A stretch of DNA of 64,000 nt from Podarcis tiliguerta (Eukaryota), in assembly GCA_965153285.1 (NCBI GenBank), contig OZ229119.1; one strand, given 5' to 3'. How positions within the stretch are numbered: position 1 is the first letter of the stretch; every line of letters begins with the position of its first letter. Position numbers and translations under genes: made by a program. Below are positions 46,201 to 58,200 of this stretch, in pieces. The notes under the pieces were generated by a model. That model saw only the letters and a program-made list of their open reading frames with translations. It had not been told where the DNA came from and did not search any database.

Positions 46201-49200
46201 CATAGAAACCTTTGGGTTAGCTAGAAGTTCCTTACACATGGAATTTTGCAGCCTGAAAACAGAGCCTATTAATTATATGGTAGATACCAAAGCCTTCCAT
46301 TTTTTATTCTTCTTCAAGTTCAACATTATTGCTGCTTCCTTTACTCTGATTAATAAATACAGTACACATCATGAACTCCTGTTTGCTCACATTCAACCAA
46401 GCTTACTGAAATGGGATGAGGACTGTCGCGAATTCCTCGCAGCGCTTTTTAGCGAAACGCTCAGAGTCCCAGGTTTCTTTTCAGTGCAGTCTTTTTAATG
46501 TGAGCTATATACAAGTATTTACAAAAACAGTCCATACAGAGTACCTGCTCCTTAAGGCAAACGAATACTCTCCACCACAGCATCACCACACCACACCACA
46601 ACCACTGTTGAGCAGGCTTTCCTTTTAAAACAGGTGATAGCCAATCACATTCCTGCTGAGTCACTCTGACCCAGCACTTCACAGAGTATTGCATCAGCCT
46701 GTTGAAGCCTGCAGACTTACTCATCATCCTGCGAATCCCAACAAGGACATCTCAGTATTTGTTTATTTGTATTTGAAATCTGTAGAAATTTTCTATTGAT
46801 AACCATTGTTAGATTGCCACATAAGAAAGAAGGGACATCATGGAACTTCAATGCTTGTTCCAAGAATTTAAAAAGGAGACAGGGCTTTCTGAAATAAGGG
46901 GCATCATTAAATTGTTGTGGATTGGGTGCTTCCTGACATTCCTCTCTCCCTTAAAATAAGCTGTTATTTAGTCTCTTCAAGCTACCTGCAAATTGCTAAA
47001 TTGAAATACTGTGATACTTAGAATTGAAATGCTGCAGCTGGAGGAGGAGAGGACAGAGGGTGAAGAAAGAGCTGTGAGTGGAGGGGGGTCTTTTTCCCAT
47101 CCTTTGGACACTCTGGGAAACCCCCTGAGTTTGTTGGACCCTCCCTGAGGCTGAGAGGGAGGGTGTGCCAGAAGGAAAATGAACAGATATTGATTTATAT
47201 CTACATTAGTAACTTTGTATTAATATAAAATTTTTATATGTAACTGTGCATTTTTGTAATATTTTGTTTAACTTCTCTGTTGTTGCTCCAGTTTTGTGTA
47301 CACCACAGATATATTTTTAATATATTAAGTGGTATACAAATTAAATAATCAATATTATAATTGTTCTCTTCTGAATGTAATGGCTTTGTTCATCATCTTA
47401 CAGCAAGACTGGACCAAAAAGGGGTTTGGCAAAGTTTAGGATCATTGGTATAGTTGCTTTACACCTCTTACACCATTTGTTTTGACCGTCTAATTGACCT
47501 CTGAGCTGGAAGTAAAGATATAACTGATTTCAGAATAACTCCAGTTTAACATAAAGCAAATTTTATTACTATTGCATTCCAAAAATATATTTTAACGCTG
47601 AATCAAAAACTTAATTTTACCTTAATCTTTTAAATGAAAACATTTGGATTAAATCAGACTCCACATTTAAAAACATAAATTACATTTATATATAGATAGA
47701 CATTTTTCAAATGACAGTTGACCACTTGAACAGTAAAAGAAAAGCACTTTCAGAATTCCATCATTCTACAATATAATGCTGAGGACACATATATTCTACA
47801 GCTACCGTCTTTCCCCGAAAGTAAGACATCCCTCCAAAATAAGACCTACTTCCAGTTTTGCCTCTCGCTGTAATATAAGGCACCCCCCCCCCGAAAATAA
47901 GACCTCCCCAATAATAAGGCCTCCCCAGAACATAGGGCCTCCCCGGAATATAAGCCCCCCGAAACTACCATAAGGCGTCTGACTCCTCTGGACCGTAGCT
48001 GCGGGCGCCACTGTGCAGCTCACTGATTGGCCGCAGCACAGCTGGAGCTGTTCAGGCAATGTGAGGTCTCTTTAAATCAGAGAGCCCGCGCCGCCGCCAG
48101 GACAAGCTGCCGCCTGCTGCTCGCTCTGCCCTGACGGAGTCTGGCTGACTCACAATTAGACAATAAATGTGTACCGTATTCTTCTTCATGGAAAAATAAG
48201 GCATCCCCTGAAAATAAGCCCTAGCGCATCTTTGGGAGCAAAAATTAATATAAGACACTGTCTTATTTTCGGGGAAACAGGGTAACTACTAAAAGCTTTC
48301 AATGATGGCATTGCTGCCATGATTTGTTATCATCATTTCTACAGCAGATAGGACATCTGTCCATTTCTTTGTGTCTAGCTGAATAACCAGTGTGTGCTGA
48401 GCAACTCTTGAGTCTCTAGCTGTGTACAGCTGGGTATCTGGTTGTTTTGTTAGGGGCAAACAGAACTGCCATTGGGGAAAATATACATCCCACCAATTAG
48501 GCAAACCTTATTTGGCTATCGGCAAGCCCTGGAGGAGAAAACAGAAGGGAAAGCAAACAAATGAAAAAATGTCGACATGAAATGCTTGTGGTAAATAATG
48601 GAAGGGGTCCAATGTACCTCGGTAGTCTAGTAAGCATTTCCCCCAAAAAGAACACTGTAAATAAGAAATCAATGTTGCAAGATTGCACTATGAAAGTGTT
48701 TCTTCCTATATCAAGATAACGCCACTAAGGTAAAATTTACTTCTGGAGTACAATGAAACCCTGTAGTGTTATGTAAAGTTGGGGGGGGGGGGTTAACACG
48801 CAGGAATGAACAGAAGCAGTATAAAAGCAGTATAAAAACTTACTCCAGTGCTCTTGGAATGTTGTAGCCATACATACACAAAGTGAAATTTATGGTACTG
48901 ACAAAATGCTGAGTTATTTTCCACATCCTATTTTGAGAAGTTGCTGGGGAGAGAATTGACCCCATCTAGTCTAGGCTTTCAGTAGTTTCAGCATCTCATT
49001 CATTTCTTTAAGGATATGTCAGACTGCTGATAGGGCTTAAAAGTCAACACAAATCAGCTGGTGATAACTTCAAGACATGCTAGGATCAACTGCACTCTAG
49101 ATTTTCCAATAAAATGTTTTCATACTGTAAACACTAGTGTTATTTCACAGTTACAAAATCTAACGATAAAAATGAAAGCCAAAATAAAGGAAAGTAGCAG

Positions 49201-52200
49201 AACAGACAGATTACATGGAAGAGTGCTTCCTGATTCCTGCTGTTGCCAGGTTGGTGTCATGAGCGATCATAGGTGATGCCTTTTGCCGCTGATGATACCT
49301 TTGTGTTCTGCTTCTGTTTGGAGACTCCTTTTAGTCATTTCAGGTAGCAAATGGGGGCGGCTTTGCTATGCTGCTCAGTTTGACCTAACTGCTGCAGGAT
49401 TGCAGGCTAGCAGGCCACATTCCTGCCCTTGCTAATAAATGTCACACGGACCCTATAGAGCTAGTAGCTGGTGTGCTGCTCCGTAGCCATCTCTGGCAAT
49501 GGTGCCAACAATAAGGTGTGTGGGCCTAGTTGCCAGAATTTCTGACACCTTGCACTGTCTTAATCCCTTGTTTCCTTAACTCCTGTGTATTATGTGTGGA
49601 AGCTAATTACAAAAAACTGAAGGAAATACAGTATAGTTGGCTTGTACTCTGTAAAATACAAAGAAGAATTGGTTCTCTGGCACCATGCAGCCCCGCATTC
49701 AGCTTTTTTATGCTAGAAGTGCTTATTCTGCGATACTTACAGAAATATAGGTGTTCACTTTTACACCCATTGCATGTTGACTGTTTTGATGAACAACCTA
49801 GTGAACGTTCTCTCATCCCTTGCTGTCTCTCTGGAGAAAGCTGTCGTCATCAGTAACTAGGTGGTTGCTACTCTGGGCGTGTAGGAGTTTTATTGGCACA
49901 GATGCTTTATCAGCTTGTTAAGTACATACCAGATTGTTGCTGTTATTTATTAATCCTCTTTTTAAAAAGTATTTTTATCCTCCCACCAGAAGATAAAGTT
50001 TGAAAAGACCATATAAGGAATCATCTAGCTGAAAGGTATTGGGGTTTTTAAGTTGCTTCAGCTGCCTGCTGTTGAGTGTTAGTTGTTGGAAAGGCAGATG
50101 ATTATAACCATTTCACTTGTGTGTAGATTTATTTCAGTGGACTGTAGATGTCTGTTGTTTGATGTGAAAGGTCATCCAAAATAGGTGGATAATGTTGCTC
50201 ATGCTCTTTTGAGTAAAGTCTGTTGTGCTTAGCCTTCTTGTATTTCTTTCTGTACAGGAAATGCATCGTCGTTTTGAAAATGCACCCGATTCTGCCAAGA
50301 CTAAAGCTTTGCAGACTGTTATAGAGATGAAGGTAAGAATTCTACAGTTACATGAAAGAGGAGATGCCTATTCAGAGCAAAGGGCATAATATTTCTTGTT
50401 CTTTTGCTATTCGGGTTTTTAAATTTAACCATAAGCAGCACACTGTGGTATATTAAACCACAGACATTCATTGACTACACAGGAGATAGGATTTTTACAA
50501 AGAAGTTGATGAGCAGAATGTGTTGAGGACCCCTGTCCTTTCCATCTCGCTTGAGAGCAAAGCTGCAACACCTTTTCATCCAGCCAGATTACGGAAAATG
50601 CTCTTTGCTCTTCCTACTACTGCTAGAATATTTTCAGGGTGTTGGGGCTTCAAATTTCAACAGATGGAAGATTCTCCCTTCTTGTCTTTCTTCACTGACT
50701 GACAGTGTTCCTGTAGGAGGGCCTGTTTTTTGTTTTGCCATATTAGGGTGCTTTTACAATTTATGAAAAAGACTAATTTGCCCATTGTTCACTGTGTCTG
50801 AAGGATTCTAAGATCTCTTCCATGGAGCGTGGACTCCGAGATTTGGAAGAAGAGATCCAGATGCTGAAGTCCAATGGAGCCCTCAGTACAGAGGAACGAG
50901 AGGAGGAAATGAAACAAATGGAGGTGTATCGTAGCCATTCCAAATTCATGAAAAACAAGGTAATGGGTGAACACTATCTGTTAGGCAATGATATACTCCT
51001 CTAAGAAACTAATTAAACCAACTAATCACAAAGCAGATGAGGCACTTGCATTCCCCCCTCTCTACTAGTGTATGTAGGTAAAGGTAAAGGGGCCCCTGAC
51101 CATTAGGTCCAGTCACGGACGACTCTGGGGTTGTGGGGCTCATCTCGCTTTATGGTGGAGGGAGCCGGCATACAGTTTCCAGGTCTTGTGGCCAGCATGA
51201 CTAAGCCGCTTCTGGCAAACCAGAGCAGCGCATGGAAACGCTGTTTACCTTCCCGCCAGAGCGGTACCTATTTATCTACTTGCACTTTGATGTGCTTTCG
51301 AACAGCTAGGAGCAGGGACCAAGCAACGGGAGCTCACCCCGTCGCGGGGATTCGAACCGCCGACCTTCTGATCGGCAAGTCCTAGGCTCTGTGGTTTAGA
51401 CCACAGCACCACCCGCGTCCTACTAGTGTATATACACACACTCAGATTGTTGAAATGGAGTTAACTCTTTTTCATAATTTGAGTATTGTTCTTCAAACAG
51501 TAGTAATTTTTATTTCATAAACTGATGCAGAAGCACCACCCAGTCTGTTCTTGGGGAAATTAATCACAATTAAATGCAACACAAAAGGGCAGTAGACCTC
51601 AAAAGGCCTGATTATTATTTTTAAAGGAGATCCAGTTATTGATCTACTGCATAATAATCAAATTAAAAACATTCTGCATAGTCTTCTTTCAAATTTATGT
51701 ATTTTATTTTCAGCAGTGTTTGATACTTGGCTCTTTAAGCCGGTAATTTTTTCCTCAAATTGTTCTCAATTACAACAGTTCGTCTCATTACCGAAAACCG
51801 GTGGTGTGTTCTAGATAATGACATGCCATCTTTGTTGTTATATGTGCAATATTTCCTGTATGCAGCTTAGGAAGAAGTGTTTTATTTTAGAAACCCTGCC
51901 TTTTTGCCAGGGTGGAGGGTTTGGCAAGTGTTGAATCTGCTGGCTGTTTTTTTGCTACGATTTGCCTCCGTGCAGACTGAGGACATTTGACAGGAAAACA
52001 TTCTAATATAAAAGTAAGAGAATAATAATGTCGTGGCAGGTAGAGCAACTGAAGGAAGAGCTAAATGCCAAAGAGGCCCAAGGAGAGGAGCTGAAAAAGA
52101 GAGTGACTTCTCTCCAGACTGAGGTCTCTGCCGTAAGATTGACTTCTCTGTGTGCAGTGCCGCTTACTTGGGCTCTGCTGGCTTTCCGGGTAGCTTACTT

Positions 52201-55200
52201 TGCTTACCTTGCACTCTGCGGCTGTGAAAAGCACTATAACTAACTGTAAATCTGCATCTGTCTTTAGCTTACTTATGGTTGATATAAGTAACATCACAAT
52301 TATAATCTACTTCAAACACCCAATTTTCATGACTTGAGCTAAGGTGCCATGCTATATTCTTAGATTCTTTCAAAGTGCTTCAGATGTTTCTGAGATGCAT
52401 GTACTGAGCTCTTGAAAACGCACAGTAAAATGTTATGACTTTGATTGTATTCCACACTATATTTTGTCAGGCTGTGTATTTTCATAAACATTGTGTGAGA
52501 TTAGGAGCAGAAATGCAGACCTTGTTATGTCCTCATTTCCTGTCCTGCCTTGAAGTATGTGCTGCACATTTAATCTTAAAACATGTCTGGATTGCAAGTT
52601 TTTTGACTTGTTGATGCATTTGGCTTCAGTTTCTAGGATGAAATGAAATAATATCTCTGTGATAGATTCAACAGAGAAAATATTTTTCTACATGAAAACT
52701 GAGCTGTGATCTTACCCTGATTACAGGAGATTGTTGCTCTATTTAAATAAATCTGATTTGAAGATTGTATAAATGCATACATCTTTTTTTAATGGGCTAC
52801 CATGGTGCACCAGTGTATGAAAATATTTTGCAGTTAATGAAAAAATAATGTAAGAGAACAGGGAGAGGACCCAACCCATTTTTGGCAAAAGTACACAGCT
52901 CCCGATGTCCCTCTAAATCTATGCTGTAGGGTCCCACAGGGGGCGAGGAAACAGTTGGAAATTGCTTCCCTTCATGTTTTATTCATGGAAGTCTAACAGT
53001 CATCTGAGTGACACTGTTTACTACAATCTTAGGCCCTTGCACTAAAGTTAAAAGAATACAAGCTTTGCCTGCAGGTTCATAATCTAATACAGACAATGAC
53101 CTGGATTTTACTTAACACTAAGTCATGGTTTGTTCAACAAATCATAGCTTGGTTTGCAAAGTTTGGTTTGTTTGTCTCATGCCTTTGGAGCTTGGTGAGT
53201 GTCTGAGGTGGCCAAACAAACCATGGTTAAGAAGGGTACTGGGTTCACATGCCCTACCAATGGTTAAAACAAACCAAGCTTCATGAGCTGACAACAAACC
53301 ATGGCTTCAGAACATGGTTAGTTGGTGGTAAGCAAACCATAGTTCCACAGAACTAAATGACCATCTCTGTTTCCGTTGAGACATGGCAGACACTCACTAT
53401 CTGTGCTTTCTGGAAACAAATACATGTTTGGTTCATCCCTCTAGAAAAGTCTGTTGAAACAATCTCTGTTTGAAGTGTTGTTTTAAAAACGGTACAAATC
53501 TTCAAATTATCGTTAGGTTTTTATGATGTGTCTGTCAATTGCCTTGAGACATATGTAAACATGATTAATTAATTAATAGTTAAGCTGCTGGGCAGAGTAT
53601 GGATGATCAAACAAATCATAACTAAATCATAGATTCTTCATGGTTTAAAGTTTTGTGCAAACCAAACCTATAATTAATATAAATAATGTTTATAAGACAA
53701 AATGGGGGAGGAAGGGAGCCTTGGCATTACTATTGGAACAAAGGATTTATAATTTGCTGAAAGCCTTGAGAGTACTCAAGAGTGATGTCAATATAGTTAC
53801 TAGTTAATGTTTAAAGTACTACCTGGGAAATACATTGAAGTTCCCTCAATTTTCAAATGCATATTTTTTTCACATCTTTGCTAAAATATTTTCCTCAGTC
53901 ATACATAATTGCAACACAGAGAAACACAGGTATTAAGTAGTAGGAATGTAGGCCAGAAACAAAATGATATTGGCACTCTTCAACAAAGCAGAACAGCTCC
54001 TTTTTAAAATCAATGTTTTTTGCTTCTGCAATTCACTACCAAGTGCTTTAAAAAGCTTAGGCAATAACTGATTGGCTTACTATTTGGCCTATTATTTGTT
54101 CTTTCAGTTCTTGGTTCATCAGCAATTGTTGGGCCTCTGCCTGAAGTTGAATGTAGTAGTGGAATAATATGCATATTGGCTACAGTCCAGTTCTATTTTC
54201 ATTTTACAACATTATTTTAAGACTGTACTTGCACAGGCGCATGCGCTCAGTGAAGTTTACTGTCCTTTCCGATTTCCTGAGCCAGCTTGGTGCTATGCCT
54301 TTGTGATAGCTGGAAATATTTCTGTAAATAGTTCTATTTACTTTGACAGATTAATGTACAGTTTGATAACCTGTATTTTTCTCTTTGGTTCCTTCTTTAG
54401 ATTGGTCAGGTGAAACAGGAACTGTCACGCAAAGACACAGAGCTGTTGGCCTTACAGACAAAATTGGAAACCCTCACAAACCAATTTTCCGATAGCAAGC
54501 AACACATTGATGTTCTCAAGGAGTCCCTCACAGCTAAAGAGCAGAGAGCTGCCATTCTGCAAACAGAGGTGAAGGGCACAATCTTGAATTATTGCTGTTT
54601 GTTAACTATAAGGGGGCCTTTTGAATTCAGGGATAAAATACAGAAATGTAATGCTATGGAGCTCTTGAACATGGTATGACAACTTTCCTCTGTTTAGAGA
54701 AGTCTAAGCCTGATTTCTATGTATCAGAAATCAGAGTGTGACAGTTAAGTTTTTCACCTTAATTTCCACTGTAACAACTGCTGCATTAAAGAGGTAAGTT
54801 AATTCCCCTTCTTATAAGCACATAGAAAACTTAATGTTCAAGGATATCTTCAGGCACTTAGCAAATATATTTCTTTTACTTAACAGAACTTAAGCATTGC
54901 AGAAAAGGACATAAATGAGGTTAATAGCATAATAAACTTTATAAATTGCTGCTATTACAATTCTCAAATATTGATTATTGATGCTGAACTGAGAAACCCC
55001 AATTAGTTCATAATTGTCTGAATCAGCAAGGCTAAAATTGGGCAGCAAATAAAAGGTTAGCTGGACCTCCCAAAATGAAAGGGGCTCAAAGGAAGGGATA
55101 TTTACTCCCAATTTTTCCTTTCTAACCTTTCACAATTATCAAAGATTTCACCATTTTGAATACTGTGGTGTCATCCACAAACTTGTGAAGTCCTGACTAG

Positions 55201-58200
55201 GTCATTTGTGAATACATAAGCCTGCAACTTATGCACATTTAACTTGTGCACATTCAGCTTTACATGCTTAGAATTTTTTTAAATGGAAAGCGGGCAGGAA
55301 TCGGGGGGGGGGGGAAGAGACTTTGGCAATCCCACCCACATTGCACCCAATGTGTTTTGACTATACACAGTTTTGGCTTTAGGCATGATCCCCAGAACAT
55401 AACCCCAGCATAAGTTATAAGCTTACCGTAAAAAACCCCCCAAAATCCTGGTTCTGTTACAGCTCCTTGGAAAAACTCAGCTGCCACTCTCCAATGTGCC
55501 CATTTCCGGTTCTTTAACTAAATACAAATCCATAAAATATGTCCTGTTATCAGACTTGATTAACTGAGTCCCCAGTTGACAAGGGTTTGCTAAGCAGCTT
55601 CAGAGTCTATTTTCAAATCCTGGTAGAAAGTTATAGTTACAAACAGAAGGGAAAAGCTAGCATTCCAGTGGCTTTTAGTTTGGTTACATTATTGTTATCT
55701 GCTCGTATTGGTGCATTTGCATATATTTGTTATGCTTACAGCCTAAATGTATGTTCTGCAGACCATACTTTCTGAAAATAGCAGTCCTGTTCTATAGACC
55801 ACACCTTCTGAAATGCATATATTTAAAGGTGTGATAACTTCTTAAAATGTTGAACTATGCAACTCGTTTTGTTCAGTCACAATTAACATAGTCTGGAAGG
55901 TTTTTGAGTGTAAGCATATGGAGCTGTTTTGTATGAGCACGTAGTTTTATTGCTTCTATTTGGATAAATAAATATGTTAGCCATAAGAGGGCGCCAGTGT
56001 ATTGGCTATTATAACACAGTACTTCACATTAGTTCCTAATGTTCATCAGAATGAACTAACTAGTTAGTGGCAGATGTTTATATTAAGAGGAAGATGAAAA
56101 AGTATGGCATAATTTATATGAATATTTCAAGCTTCATCAGAAAGCCTTTTATTAGTGAGTATTTTCTTAACCATGCACAATAAAATTGGTGTTAACCTTG
56201 TGCGCTGTATTAACAAAATTGTTGAGTGATATGGCTTCCTCAATAACTCTTCTATTTTGCATTTGTTACAGAAGAGTTGTTAAAAGTATAAACATTCGAG
56301 TGCTTCTATAAATTTTGCTTTATACCCTGTCTCAAAATACCATAATGCTTGCTTCATGTGGGATTAATTTGACTCTCAGTACTCAGTGCATTGCCCTTAT
56401 AAATATTTGACTGACATAACACTCGGTAATATTACAATAGACTGTTCTACTGGATTACAATTTAGCATCCTTTTCTGGATTGCTTTGGAGAGAAGGCATG
56501 GCAATCTTTAGGCAATGCTTTACTGCAGGAGTGAGGAACTGGCAATCCACAGACCAGTCCTGTGCACAAAAACCTTTCAGACCCAATTGCCAACCTCTGA
56601 GCTCTCCGCCACTCTTCTCAGCCAATGGCAGGCCAGCAAAGATGTCCTCTTCTAAAACAGCTGCTTGGACCAGTAGTAGATAAAGCTGGTTAGAAGCACC
56701 TGTCTGAACCTTCCCAATTTCCAGTGCTTGCAGTGTTCCATCCACCTCAACTTTCAGGTACTGCTTAAAATCTTAGTTCAAAGGCTTCTCTCCTCTTGCC
56801 TTTCCCATTTCCCCAGTGAGACCAAAATGTTACAATAAAGGTAATAAGGTAGCAGGTGTCCTATATAGGACACCTGCAAAATACAGTACAGTGAAACTTC
56901 TGTAAATGTGCTTGTTCAATGTGCATCCTGTGTACTGAATTTCATTTCTCTAACTTTAGTTGTATGCACAGTGAAAACATTACAGAATACGATGGTAAGA
57001 CTGCAAATGTTTTTGCTTCTATTAGCCTAGTTTTGTTAATGACCTGAATGTATCGCTTCAGCGTCAGTAAAACCTGGCACCTATAATAAGCATGAAATTA
57101 TCTTAAAAATTGGTGCTCTGAGAATTAAGGTTTCCTGTTTTTCTGTCATATGGATATTTGTACCCTAAAAGTTAGAAGGAAGTTAGAGCGGAAGAAAGGA
57201 ATCTAACCCAAAACACCATCTGACAGTATTAACAAATTCTCATGTTAAATCATTTAAAAGAATAATCCATGTATACATTCACTGAACATTTTTTTAGTTT
57301 GAAATGCAATAACATTGTAGCAGGACCCTTTTTTTTTTTTTACTAGACCACATGACCAACAGATAGTATTAATAAGTGATGCATATTCTTTGCCAAGGAA
57401 ACCAAATGTATGTGGGGGTGTGTGTCCAATATGCTGCTGAATGTGTATAGTTTAATCAATCCACAAGCAAGCTCTAGATTTTGCCAAAAGTTCCAATTAC
57501 TGTAAGGACTGGAGTGAATGAAAATCATGAAGTAGAAAGTGGAAGATTGCCAATTTATAACACATTACCAGTAGACTGGTTGTTGTTGTTGTTTAGTCGT
57601 TTAGTCATGTCCGACTCTTTGTGACCCCATGGACCAGAGCACGCAAGGCACTCCTTTCTCCCACTGCCTCCTGCAGTTTCGTCAAACTCATGCTGGTAGC
57701 TTCGAGAACACTGTCCAACCATCTCGTCCTCTGTCGTCCCCTTCTCCTTGTGCCCTCAATCTTTCCCAAGATCAGGGTCTTTTTCAGGGAATCTTCTCCT
57801 CTCATGAGGTGAGGAAGTATTGGAGCCTCAGCTTCAGGAACTGTCCTTCCAGTGAGCAATCAGGATCAGTAGACTGGTAGTTGGTATCAAATAGGAATTG
57901 TTTTCTAGTAGCCAAAACCCAGGGTTGACAGGTCTTCAGACACAAAAAGGCCAAAAGAGCTGCTTTTGAGAAGTTATTTATTTTTTATATGGTTTTATAT
58001 GTTCGGTAATAACCTGCCATGCAGCAGCTTTCTTACTTCTTATGCTCCATAACAGAAAAGTCATCACAGAGGACAGTCACATTTTTTTCAAAATGAAAGA
58101 GTTGAATGTCTATTGAGCACACATACGTAGTCTATAAGCCTATTTAAATTGTTATAACAATAGGCATTCAGTGCATAGAACTGACCACAAGTCCTATATG

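Noticed and set aside
56455-56745. 96-aa minus-strand ORF with protein-like composition
   Set aside because: Non-ATG start, no recognisable motif or supporting splice structure; probably old repeat debris
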